A stretch of 64,000 nt of DNA from a virus (Duplodnaviria; Caudoviricetes): IMG/VR virus record IMGVR_UViG_3300013947_000021, positions 64,001 through 128,000 of that record; one strand, given 5' to 3'. A program made the translations under genes and the position numbers. Shown one piece after another: positions 31,655 through 42,588 of the stretch. The first letter of the stretch is position 1, and the number at the start of each line of letters is the position of its first letter. The notes beneath the pieces were generated by a model. The model saw only the letters and a program-made list of their open reading frames with translations, ran no database searches and was not told where the DNA came from.

Positions 31655-32220
31655 CCTAGCAAAGTAAAAAATAAAGAGCTATTTATATAGCTCTTTATTT
31701 CCCTATTATGCATTAAGAGGTTTAATAACTTCTAATGCATAATAGGACTTTGCGCCACTAATCCATCATCTTTCTCGATTTACGTAATAGTATACTATTT
31801 TTCTTATATATAATCAGTGTGAGAAATACATATACTATTTAAAATTACACTTATATTTATAAAATAATATAAGTGTAATTTCTTTTCTTACTTCGGTGAT
31901 TATTGACTGGACTGATGGATCAGTTGGCGATCTTCGAGTAAGTTGGGTAATTAGAAACTTTTTATTATTTTCTCTTTCTAATTATCTATAGGAAAACTTA
32001 CCCGCAGATTACACCAACGGTCTCATTGTCCATTATTTTTCTCCTTTCTTGATATATAGCTTGGAGGTGATATATACATATTGGCTTTCGTGTAGATATT
32101 ACATCTCCCTTATAAGGATATATCATATTTATAATATCTTGTTATAAATAGGAGAAATTCCAGTCTGGTCAATTTTCATACTAGAAGGGTGGAGCTTCAT
32201 AACCGCCACCCTTCTAGGTT
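31655..32220. ncRNA. Highly structured non-coding region (candidate large ncRNA or cis element)
   Basis: About 560 bp without a long ORF, with many nested and long-range inverted repeats. Confidence 0.35.
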
Positions 32221-32295
32221 TATTTTAAAATATATTTTATTTTTTTATATAAAAAAGAATGATCCATGGGAAATTCCCATGGATCATATTTATAC

Positions 32296-32442
32296 TTATA
32301 CGTTCGGATAATCGAGTCCAGTAATGGACTTGTACTCTTCCTCAGTAAGAGCACCCTTCTTGCAGAGAATCATAATATGACGGTTAGTATAATAACCCTT
32401 GTCATAATATCTCTTGATCTTAGCATAATACTTACTATTCAT
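32296..32442 (-). CDS. xkdX: XkdX-family small protein (48 aa)
   Basis: Not in track. GGAGG RBS; MNSKYYAKIKRYYDKGYY...GALTEEEYKSITGLDY. Confidence 0.8.
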   Translation of the reverse strand: MNSKYYAKIKRYYDKGYYTNRHIMILCKKGALTEEEYKSITGLDYPNV

Positions 32443-32467
32443 TATAAGTTCCTCCAATCATTAAAGA

Positions 32468-32623
32468 TTAATAATCTTCACCAGTCTGATTCTCAAAGAA
32501 GAGCTGAGCGTTCTCCTTCTCAATCTCATCAGACGTGTCCTTCTTAGCATCAAGGACCTTAGAAAGAACAAATACACCAATAATAAGATTAGCAACTCCA
32601 AGAATAGTATTTGCAACCTGCAT
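32468..32623 (-). CDS. 51-aa membrane-anchored peptide preceding XkdX
   Basis: Not in track. AGGAGG RBS; MQVANTILGVANLIIGVFVLSKV...ENAQLFFENQTGEDY. Confidence 0.7.
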   Translation of the reverse strand: MQVANTILGVANLIIGVFVLSKVLDAKKDTSDEIEKENAQLFFENQTGEDY

Positions 32624-32701
32624 AATAAATTCCTCCTTATATAAGTATTACTAAAATGTTTAGTAATAATAGTAAAAAAGATTTCTAAAATTATATATTT
32701 T

Positions 32702-33419
32702 TTAGTTCATCTTTTTATAATAAATGTATTGTGAATTTAAATTTAAAGCATCTTGTTTATAACTATCAGATCCAAGAGAAAATAAACTTTGACTAGAATT
32801 ATCTGTATATGCATTAGGATCAGTAGAACTAACATATTCTACTGTGCATTTATATAAATGAGTAATTCTACTAAATTTTCTTGTACTATATAAAGGATTT
32901 ACAAGAGAATATCTAAGTGGTGATGATATTGATGATATTTTACATGCTAATTCTTGTTGATCATTTTTAACTGTAATAGATGTTGAGGTAGGACTATACT
33001 TAATAACCCAATATCCACTTAATGCACTTATATTTCCATCTGATTCATAATATTTTTTTCCATTAAATGTTATACGACACATATCATCAAGGTTTACTGA
33101 TTTTGGTGATGACAAATATAAAGTTACTGATGATCCATTTGTTTGAGTATATGTACCAGATCCTACATATATGGCGCTATTACTACTTACAGAAATACCA
33201 TCACTGCCAGAACTCATATCTATAATATCATATGAATATTCAGAATTATCTTTAGTATAAGTATATTTAGCCCATTTATATAATTTACTAAATATTAATT
33301 TACTAGTACCATTTATATTTCCATAAGCAGATATTAATTCTTTATTACTTCCATTATTATTAATATAGAGGGAGGTTAATTGTTTTGACCCCCCCCCCAA
33401 TATTTGTATACATTGACAT
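32702..33419 (-). CDS. Poly-G cassette A1, fibre-tip-like, OFF (G10 at 33389-33398)
   Basis: AAGGAG RBS, then ATG TCA ATG TAT ACA AAT ATT and G10; body SKQLTSLYINNNG is in frame only with 3n G. Confidence 0.85.
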
Positions 33420-33451
33420 TTTAATAATCTCCTTTAACAAATATTAGGATT

Positions 33452-34238
33452 TTAATATGTAGTACCATTATATCTATAAACATATGCTGCAGCCATACTA
33501 GATGAATTATATGTACTACTAGAATATTTATAGTCAGCATTAAGTACAGAATCAGACGACGCAGTATAATCATTTTTATTTTGTGTTAGAATTGAACGTT
33601 GGAATCTATACCTCCATAGATAATATGGAGTATTGTAGTAACTTAATTCAAAATAATCATATCTATATTTTACATATAAATTTTCAGTTTGTGATGGGCT
33701 ATAGCGTAATAAATATAATAAATACCATGCGTAATGAGCATATGATGGAGCACTAGGAGCATATTGACTAGACCAGTCTATACATGTATTATCTCCTCTT
33801 TCACCAGCTAATATAGCATAATAACCACTATATCTACTATTTGTAGATCTATCTGTTAATTCAGTATATGATACTAATGATGGATTATTTAATGTAATCT
33901 TTTTTGTACTATGATTAAAATTATAAGATCTTGCTACATAAAATTTAGCATCTGTATTTTCATCACCACTATTAGATGTATATCTATAAATACGATAATC
34001 TTCAGTGGATAGTCCAGTACGCCTCATTTCCGTTTCTACAAGATCCCACATTTTATTTCCATCGGTTGTAAGTTTATATTCTCCATAATTATGATATGAA
34101 ATTCTTCCATATATTTCTTTCTTACTTCCATTTATATTAGCATAAGCATTATTTAATTGCTTATTTGTTCCATTTTTATTTATATAGAGGGAAGCAATTT
34201 GACGTTGCCCCCCCCCCAATATTACTGTACATTGACAT
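33452..34238 (-). CDS. Poly-G cassette A2, OFF (G10 at 34208-34217)
   Basis: RBS plus MSMYSNI-G10-QRQIASLYINKNG. Confidence 0.85.
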
Positions 34239-34328
34239 AATAATCTCCTTTAACACAACAAATATTGAGGTTATAAAAATATTTTTATAAAAAATAAATG
34301 GGATTACATATGTAATCCCATTAATCAT

Positions 34329-34475
34329 TTATGCCTGATAATCTTCGCCAGTGATCAACTTATACTCTTCTTCGGTAAGATTACCAGTTCTAACAAAGGC
34401 CTTAATATGAGCCTTCTTATAAATCTTCTTATCATAATACTTCTTAATAGTATTAAAATACTTAGACTGTGCCAT
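34329..34475 (-). CDS. xkdX: XkdX-family small protein (48 aa)
   Basis: Not in track. MAQSKYFNTIKKYYDKKIY...GNLTEEEYKLITGEDYQA, GGAGG RBS. Confidence 0.8.
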   Translation of the reverse strand: MAQSKYFNTIKKYYDKKIYKKAHIKAFVRTGNLTEEEYKLITGEDYQA

Positions 34476-34492
34476 AATTAATACCTCCAATA

Positions 34493-35056
34493 TTATTCAG
34501 TGGTAGTTCCAGAATCGGCAGATGGATCAGTCGTCGGATCCGTTTCAGAACCAGATTCATTACCTGTATCGGTTGTAGGATCAGTATTTTCATCTGTACC
34601 AGGATCAGGCATATCTGGATCAGTTTCACCAGTAAGATTCTCAAACAGAAGCTGTGCATTCTCTTCCTCAAGACGCTTAACCTCTTCTTCATGAGCAGTA
34701 AGCTTACCCATATAAACAGTAATCTTTCCATCCTTATGGCAGACAATGTCACCAAGAATAGAATAATCAGTCTTGGGATAATCTACATCTCCATAAACAT
34801 CGTTACCTTCAGTATCCTTACCAGTAACCTCATTCTGCCTAATAGAAAATTCTGCATCATCCTTAAAGTAAGTACAAACTTCTCCATAATTAGTATCAGC
34901 AAGGGTAATACGAAGCACATCTCTATACTGCTGATCAACCATAGCCTGTTTATCAAAAATGCAAGGCTCAGTCTCTACAGGATAAGCAGCAGTAGTAAAG
35001 AGCTTTTCATTACCATCTTTATCCTTAAATACTACTCTATTCATAATAGTACTCAT
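34493..35056 (-). CDS. Tail-fibre-associated protein (XkdW-like position, possible assembly chaperone)
   Basis: 187 aa, directly before XkdX; coiled segment ENAQLLFENLTGE shared with the 51-aa peptide. Confidence 0.55.
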   Translation of the reverse strand: MSTIMNRVVFKDKDGNEKLFTTAAYPVETEPCIFDKQAMVDQQYRDVLRITLADTNYGEVCTYFKDDAEFSIRQNEVTGKDTEGNDVYGDVDYPKTDYSILGDIVCHKDGKITVYMGKLTAHEEEVKRLEEENAQLLFENLTGETDPDMPDPGTDENTDPTTDTGNESGSETDPTTDPSADSGTTTE

Positions 35057-35154
35057 ATTTAATTTTATCCTCCTTAGAAAATAGATTTTTATCTAATTGT
35101 TTGATTAATATAATAATGTCTTTAGTAAGAAAAAATATTTATAATACCATTATT

Positions 35155-36001
35155 CTAGCCAATTAAATAATATGCAGAATTTATATTGTCTATAAGCGTT
35201 GTTGGTGATAATGATATAATTGGACGAATAAATATATTACTTATTGTAGCAATAATATCATGACCATTATAACTACTACCATTGTATGTTACTGTAAAAA
35301 CATAATTATCGCCATAATTACTACCAACATCACCACCAGGACTTCTCATCCAATAATAAGGTGCATAATCAGTTTTATCACTTTTTACTACTGATATTCT
35401 TGCTTCATCATCCATTGATGTTCTTCCAGCAGCTATTTTTAAAGCATCTAAATATGAAATACCTTCATCAGATAAATAACTATAAGAAGTAGAACTATAT
35501 CCAAGTTCAGAATATGATGGCAAGAATATATCTCTATTAATATTTATAATTTTTTTATTACTAAAAGAATAAGATTTTACACTAGTTTTAGTCAATCTGT
35601 TTCTAATAGATTCATCTAGTTTAGATCTATAATTATCTGTAGTTGAAACTTCTGCTGATAAATAATTATCTATAGTTGATGCATTATATTCTGAACTAGA
35701 TATGCTATTAAATGCTCTTAGTTCATACAAGTATCTTTGTAATAATAGTACAGTATCATTATTATAAGATGTACCTAATACTATAAAATCAGTAAGATTA
35801 TTAGAACCAGATAAAGTAGTATTAAACTTAATTATAGAACCAGCAGTTATACTACTTAAATATGCAAATTTCTTAAATATTTCTTTACTATTACCATTTA
35901 TATTTCCATATGCATTATTTAATGCTTTATTAGATCCATTATTATTTATATAGAGGGCGGCCAAAAGTTTCGACCCCCCCAATATTTATATGCATTGGCA
36001 T
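35155..36001 (-). CDS. Poly-G cassette A3 with DUF6273-like domain, OFF (G7 at 35974-35980)
   Basis: MPMHINI-G7 (track shows MPMHINIGGVETFGRPLYK then stop); body FIVLG...IFLPSYSELG...YWMRSP...IRPIISL. Confidence 0.85.
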
Positions 36002-36035
36002 AAGATAATGCCCTCCTTTACAAAATATTAGGGTT

Positions 36036-36853
36036 TTAAGCATAATATCCAAGATATTCATAATAATATCCATCACAATAATATGCTCGTGAACAAGTTT
36101 TAGGATAGTCATCACTATAATCAGAATCATCACTATACCAGCCTATTTTATATCCTGAATTACCACTAGTAAGATCAGTAACTACAGTACGGGAAGAACT
36201 ATATTTAGAAGCTCCAGTTGTAACTGTATTTAGACTAAGTTTACTATTATATTTAACTGTATTAAAATTAGTAGAATAGGATTTTGGTACTTTATAATAA
36301 ACACCATTTAACCTAAGTAATGCCCTATATTCAACATATGTATCATGATAAATGACTTCAAGTGATGAACCAGAAGATGAAACTTTAAATGCAATATTAT
36401 TATTAAATCCATAACCTGGAAAATAATATCCATCATATGAAGGATTAAGATAATAATAAATATCATTATCACTAGACTCAGTTCTATTGTAATCAAAATT
36501 TACACTATTATATCCAGAAAATTGTAATGATCCACTACTATTAGTATATGACATAGATGAATAAAGCGGTATAGTATCACTTGTACTAGAAAAACTTTTA
36601 GGACATAAATAATTTACAACTCCTTCATATGAATATCCAGTACTATCTTGCCAATATTGTATACTACATAATGTATATGAAGATACTGGATACTGTTTAT
36701 ACCAATAATATTTAGTAGCACTAAATATTACTTTACTGCTACCATTTATATTAGTATATATATTATTTAAAGCTTTAGAAGAGCCATCTTTATTTATATA
36801 GAGGGAGGCTAATTGTTTTTGCCCCCCCCCCCAATATTTGTATACATAGGCAT
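36036..36853 (-). CDS. Poly-G cassette A4, OFF (G11 at 36822-36832)
   Basis: MPMYTNI-G11; frame QKQLASLYINKDGSSKALNN is open from 36821 into the track ORF 36036..36554. Confidence 0.85.
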
Positions 36854-36900
36854 TTTTATTATACCTACCTTTCTTTACAAAATATTAGGGTTTAATATAT

Positions 36901-37348
36901 TTATGATAAAATTATATAAAATATGGTTAAGTTATCACAAAATGATGTAAATATATTTCCAGTCATAGTTCCAATATTACAAAATTCCCATTGACGAACA
37001 AATTCAGTAGATGAATTCCCTTTATTATGAAAATATGCACGTATATTTATATTTGTTGTACTAGCAGTTGAAGTTGATACAATTGGACTTGATAAGCAAA
37101 GTATTGTATTATTTTGTTTGTCATAAATAAAAGAATCATTTTCTGATATATAAGTATTTGTATACATTGTTGCAGATGATCCATAATAATCTTTTTCATA
37201 TTTATAATTAAAACCAAATAATACATTATTAGAAAAAGTTATAGACTCATTTTTTGAAAGAACTTTAGTTTGTATTTTTCCTATTAAGGAGCTACTGCCC
37301 CCCCCCCAAGGATTTGCATACGCCGTTAATATTAGCATAAAGACTCAT
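36901..37348 (-). CDS. Poly-G cassette B5, OFF (G10 at 37298-37307)
   Basis: RBS plus MSLYANINGVCKSL-GGG-Q-stop; G9 would join the SSSLIGKIQ body. Confidence 0.8.
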
Positions 37349-37379
37349 AATTAATAATCTCCTTTATAAATTTATTTTT

Positions 37380-37391
37380 TATATAAGTGTT
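37380..37391 (-). promoter_or_regulatory. AACA-N6-TA promoter of cassette B5
   Basis: AACACTTATATA. Confidence 0.65.
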
Positions 37392-37418
37392 ATAGATAAT
37401 GAAATTTATATAAAATTT

Positions 37419-37442
37419 CTCAGGTAGATTAATCTACCTGAG
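37419..37442. terminator. Terminator-like hairpin family CTC(A/G)GGTAGA...TCTACC(T/C)GAG
   Basis: Perfect inverted repeat; sister copies near 39399-39426 and 40087-40115. Confidence 0.65.
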
Positions 37443-37452
37443 ATTAAGTTAT

Positions 37453-38403
37453 TTAAGCATGATACCCATCATATATCCAATAATATCCATTAAATATATA
37501 AATACCATAACTTGAAGCGCTACCACCAGATGGCAAATAATCTTGTGCATAACTTGATGTATCCATTGTACCATAATAACCATTTGTATCATCGTAATAA
37601 TCTCGAGCATATGATATATTTATATTTTTACTAGAAAGTATAGAAGTTGTATCACTAGATGATACAGTAAATTTTATAAACCTCATAGAGTCAAAACCAA
37701 GACTACTAGAATTATAGGTAAGCACATTAATTTTTGATGATGATAATGAATTTGGTGCAAAGAATGATCTTGGTAAATAATGTGCAAAATTTAAATAATA
37801 TGATGAATTTAAATTAGGAGCATGAATTACTACTGTTGAATATGCATTTTTATTATAATCTCTAGGAATTACAAAGTATGCTTTTGTAATACTAATATTA
37901 AGCTGATCAAATGTATTTCCATTATCTGTTCCTGTATCAAAATACGCATTAGTAAATTTATATACAGTTTCGCGAGTATAATCTGTACCAGTGTTTGTTA
38001 ATGTAGGTGTAACCAAACCCCTATCAACAGTCATCAATCCAGTAGTACTATAATAACCAATACTAGATATTGATGGAGTAACACCGCCAAGAACTTTCAT
38101 ACGTCCATCTGATTCCGGTGTTGGAGATATAGAAGAATATACTTTCTTACTGTTCTGATATGCACTCTTTAAATATCTTATATCATAATGACATGTGCCA
38201 TCATCAACTTCATATTCACATAATTGCCATTTAGTAACTGGATAAGCTCTCCAATAGCAATATTTAGTAGCACTAAATATTTCTTTATTGGTTCCATTTA
38301 TATTAGCATATGCATTAGATAATGCAATATTACTACTATCTTTATTTATATAAAGGGAAGCAATTTGTTTCTGCCCCCCCCCAATATTTGTATATAATGA
38401 CAT
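37453..38403 (-). CDS. Poly-G cassette A6, ON (G9 at 38374-38382), 316-aa fibre-tip/receptor-binding-like protein
   Basis: AAGGAG RBS plus uninterrupted MSLYTNIGGGQKQIASLYINKDSSNIALSNAYANINGTNKEIF. Confidence 0.9.
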   Translation of the reverse strand: MSLYTNIGGGQKQIASLYINKDSSNIALSNAYANINGTNKEIFSATKYCYWRAYPVTKWQLCEYEVDDGTCHYDIRYLKSAYQNSKKVYSSISPTPESDGRMKVLGGVTPSISSIGYYSTTGLMTVDRGLVTPTLTNTGTDYTRETVYKFTNAYFDTGTDNGNTFDQLNISITKAYFVIPRDYNKNAYSTVVIHAPNLNSSYYLNFAHYLPRSFFAPNSLSSSKINVLTYNSSSLGFDSMRFIKFTVSSSDTTSILSSKNINISYARDYYDDTNGYYGTMDTSSYAQDYLPSGGSASSYGIYIFNGYYWIYDGYHA

Positions 38404-38487
38404 TTTAATAATCTCCTTTAACAAATAATGAGGTAAAATATAAGAAATATGAGATATGAAATTAATTTCATATCTCATTTAATATTT

Positions 38488-39330
38488 TTAACTGTATACT
38501 CCTAATATACTACCATTACCTGTAGGTGTACTAGCACTAGTATTTAATGCTATATTTCTTACTTGATAAGTAGTATAATTAGTATTAGCTTGTGCTACTA
38601 AAGCACCAGTTAATGTACCACCAGACTTAAGTAAATACTTATCTAATTCAGCAGCAACAGCTTTTCCACTTACTGGATTATCACTATTACTATTAAAAGT
38701 GCTATCTATTACAAGTCCACCATCTGGTATACTATCAATTTTGGTTCTATCAGAAACACTAATAAGCTTATCATCAGTAATATTATCAAGTTTCTTCTTA
38801 TCCTCTGCACTAATTAATCCTGGAGTTGTATCAGTAGCTTCAGGAGTATAATCTTTAGCAGCTTCAGCTAAATCACCAACAATCTCATATGCTCCACCAG
38901 TATAAAACATATGATATATCTTATTAATCTGAATATAATTTGCTTCTACATTAGTACCTCTATACTTAATATTCTTAGCTCCAGTAGCATTGATATTGAG
39001 TGTAGGAGATGCTGCAGTATTAGCATTAGTAAATTTTATATAAATATTATTTCCATCTTTTAATGCATAATTCTCACAGTCAACTGTTTTTGCAGCAGTA
39101 GCTCCAGCAGTAGTACATGTAAGAAGAGTATTTGTAGTATAATTAATAATAGTAGTATCTCCACCAGTAGAAGAACCACTACCAGAAATTTCTACTACAG
39201 CTCCAGCAGAATCTTTCATGTAAATTTTATGATTATCCCAGTCAGCTATAAGCTCTTTATTAGTAGCTAAACTAGCATTTGCATAAGATAAAGGCCTAAA
39301 TGGTATTCTAGCCGTAGCTTCATGACCCAT
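38488..39330 (-). CDS. Short tail fibre protein
   Basis: TCTTAGATAAKTV...KFTNANTAASPTLNINATGAKNI domain, GLISAEDKKKLD motif, C-terminal GGTLTG...VRNI...GSILGVYS. Confidence 0.75.
   Translation of the reverse strand: MGHEATARIPFRPLSYANASLATNKELIADWDNHKIYMKDSAGAVVEISGSGSSTGGDTTIINYTTNTLLTCTTAGATAAKTVDCENYALKDGNNIYIKFTNANTAASPTLNINATGAKNIKYRGTNVEANYIQINKIYHMFYTGGAYEIVGDLAEAAKDYTPEATDTTPGLISAEDKKKLDNITDDKLISVSDRTKIDSIPDGGLVIDSTFNSNSDNPVSGKAVAAELDKYLLKSGGTLTGALVAQANTNYTTYQVRNIALNTSASTPTGNGSILGVYS
38495..38629. repeat. 135-bp direct repeat, copy 1 (fibre C-terminus)
   Basis: Identical by eye to 43994..44128. Confidence 0.9.
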
Positions 39331-39476
39331 ACTATAACCTCCTTGATATAATTAAATTTTTATATAAATGTTATTAGAAGCAAATAATAGCCAAAAATAT
39401 CTCGGGTAGAAAAATCTACCCGAGATCTATCTATATGAATTCTAATTTATATAAATTAGAAAAATAATTTTATTTT

Positions 39477-40012
39477 TTACCAAGCTATATAATAATATTT
39501 TTCATTTGTATTATTATAAAGAGTAGCTTCTATATTATTATCACTATTATTACTATCATATGTACTATAAATATGCTGTAATGAAAAAAGTAATGTTCCA
39601 CCATCACTACAATCTGTAGTTGTTACTCTTGACGTATTTATTAATTGCAATTTATTATCTGAAATAGATACTGCGCTGTATTGAATTGGTCCGATAGTTT
39701 TATTACTACTTGATCCACTTCCATTACTCGACCATGAATCAACTCCGGATAAATAATAATATAGTGATGTAGAAGGTGTAACAACAAGAATAGATTGTGC
39801 AGAATCAGAAATTAATATTAATGTATTTATGTTAATGGGTAATATAATTTCTCTAGGAGTTGATGAAATACAACCTACGCTTCTATAACTTCTATTTCCA
39901 CTAACTTTTAAATCATAATATCCAGTTCCATCACCACTGTAATAACCGCTTACAATATTACTGCCCCCCCCAAGGATTTGCATACGCCATCAATATTAGC
40001 ATAAAGACTCAT
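39477..40012 (-). CDS. Poly-G cassette B7, OFF (G8 at 39964-39971)
   Basis: RBS plus MSLYANIDGVCKSL-G8; body SNIVSGYYSGDG...YYYIAW needs G9. Confidence 0.8.
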
Positions 40013-40045
40013 AATTAATAATCTCCTTTATAAATTTATTTTTTT

Positions 40046-40057
40046 TACATAATTGTT
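40046..40057 (-). promoter_or_regulatory. AACA-N6-TA promoter of cassette B7
   Basis: AACAATTATGTA. Confidence 0.65.
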
Positions 40058-40130
40058 ATAGATAAAGAAAATTATATAAAAATAATATCTCAGGTAGAAT
40101 TAATTCTACCTGAGAAAATATAAAATTTAA

Positions 40131-41040
40131 TTAACTATGATATCCATCATAAACCCACCAATATCCATTGAATATATAAATATACTCAAGTACAGAATTG
40201 GTAGCACTTGGCATATATCCATCAGTATAGTTAGATGTATCCATTATTCCATATCCACCTTCATAACTGCTAAATGTATCTCTGACATCTGCAACACCAT
40301 CGGAAACTAGTGTAACACTTTTTAATGAATGTAAGCCTTCTACGTTTTTAGAAGGATAATTATATACTTGCTGAAGTGAGTTTGGACTTGCTACATCATC
40401 TGGAAGATATACTCCAAATGTACTTCTTAAAGACCCATCATCATCTGGAACATAAAATCTTACTGTTGTATATGTATTTTTATTATATGATTTAGGAACT
40501 ACATAATATGCTTGTGTTATTTTTATATTAATTGTATCAAATATATTACCAGTACCATCATTTGCAGTAGATAAATACGCATTAGTAAATTTATATACAG
40601 TTTCGCGAGTATAATCTGTACCAGTGTTTGTTAATGTAGGTGTAACCCAACCCCTATCAACAGTCATCAATCCAGTAGTACTATAATAACCACCACTAGA
40701 TATTGATGGAGTAACACCGCCAAGAACTTTCATACGTCCATCTGATTCTACTGTTGAAGATATAGAAGAATATACTTTTTTACTGTTCTGATATGCACTC
40801 TTTAAATATCTTATATCATATTCATAATAACTACTTCCTGCACTACTGCAATGAACTAATTCCCATGCATTAACAGGATAAGCTTTCCAACAATAATATT
40901 TAGTAGCACTAAATATTTCTTTATTGGTTCCATTTATATTAGCATATGCATTAGATAATGCAATATTACTACTATCTTTATTTATATAAAGGGAAGCAAT
41001 TTGTTTCTGCCCCCCCCCCAATATTTGTATATATAGGCAT
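40131..41040 (-). CDS. Poly-G cassette A8, OFF (G10 at 41010-41019); mosaic paralog of A6
   Basis: MPIYTNI-G10-QKQIASLYINKDSSNIALSN. Confidence 0.85.
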
Positions 41041-41082
41041 AATATATAATCTCCTTTATTAAAATATTAGGATATATTTTAT

Positions 41083-41812
41083 CTAAATAGATTTATAAAA
41101 ATACTGTGTTCCAGACTCACTACTATACCAGTTTAAATAAAAATCTGATCCCAAATCAGTTCTATTACTTGATGAATATTCTGATTTATTAGTTGAATAT
41201 ACTTTTGTCTGACTTTGATATTGCATTAATCGCACAGTTCCGTTGCGTATTGTTCCATTACATCTTATTTCTATAGGATTGACCGTTATTTCTGAAATTC
41301 TATATCCATAAGCTCTCTGTGTATAACTTGTATCAGAATAATCTACACTAGAATCACTAAATTCAAAATTACTTTGTATTAAAGTCCACAATGGCACTGG
41401 TGCTATACTAGATAAGTATTGATAATGATATGTAGTGCCATTATAATATAATGAACTTGAGCCAACTGACTCTAGTAATTTATAATTATTAAGCGATATA
41501 GTTTTCTTAGATGTATTTATTGTGTATGATTGAGATACCCATAATCCTGCAGACTCATCTAATAGATATGCTAACTCTGATGTATAATCAGATCCTTCAC
41601 CAGACCATGTAGACACATCTGGTTGTGTTTCACTTGTACTAGAGCCATAATAAGTATATCTAATCCAGCCATAAAGTGGGGCAAATATTTGTTTACTTGC
41701 TCCATTTATATTAGCATAAGCACTATTTAGTACTTTTCTAGTACCATTATTATTCATATAAAGGGAGACAATTTGTCGTTGCCCCCCCCCCAATATTATT
41801 GTATATTGGCAT
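41083..41812 (-). CDS. Poly-G cassette A9, OFF (G10 at 41782-41791)
   Basis: AGGAGG RBS plus MPIYNNI-G10-QRQIVSLYMNNNG. Confidence 0.85.
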
Positions 41813-41847
41813 AACCATATACCTCCTATTAGGGATTTATAATATTT

Positions 41848-42535
41848 TTAATTAGCTCCAATATATTCATATTTATAATTACCATATTCTCCTTCAGAAT
41901 ATGCATTTCTATTTGTAGAAGTTAATGTAGTATCATATTCCCATCTATATCCATCAGATGTATTTTGTACATCCAATTGATAGGAATCAGAATAATTACA
42001 TTTAATATCACTATCTCCAATAATAGATTCAAAACTAGAAATTTCAAATAAATAGATATAGCTTGGAGCTGTATCTGATCTACTGCACTGATATTCTTTT
42101 ATTGGAGAAGGCTGATATTGAGATCGCGTACTAAATGGGTCTTCATATAAGAACAAATATCCAGAATATGTAGTTACTTTATAATATACAGTAGCAGCTC
42201 CCGATGTATGCTTTACTTCACTGTCAATACGTACATTATTATCATCACAACTTATACTATATACATAAGTGCTTGAGCTTAATGAATAATTACTAGCATA
42301 ATAAAGCGTGCCAAAATAATTTGTAAAAGAACCAGAACCCAAAGATTCTGATAATCCTTTTTTACTTACTTTTTTAATATATCTTTTCCATATATAAACT
42401 AATGCAGGGAAAATTTTCTTACTAGTGCCATTTATATTGCCATATAATGCATTAGTAGATCTTCTTGTACATTGTTATTTATATAGAGGGAAGCAATTTG
42501 TTTCTGCCCCCCCCAATATTACTGTACATTGGCAT
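41848..42535 (-). pseudogene. Poly-G cassette A10 (G8 at 42507-42514) with a second 1-nt frameshift near 42470
   Basis: MPMYSNI-G8-QKQIASLYINNN, then AAT GTA CAA where paralog A9 has AAT GGT ACT; all three tract phases meet a stop. Confidence 0.75.
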
Positions 42536-42588
42536 ATAAATGCCTCCTTTACAAAATATTAGGGTATTATTTTTTAATATAAAATTAA

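Noticed and set aside
31655-32220. tRNA, tmRNA or RNase P identity
   Set aside because: No cloverleaf, T-loop/CCA end or RNase P consensus recognised by eye
32266-32547. Plus-strand 93-aa ORF
   Set aside because: Antisense to two RBS-supported small genes (XkdX and its partner) and begins inside a terminator hairpin
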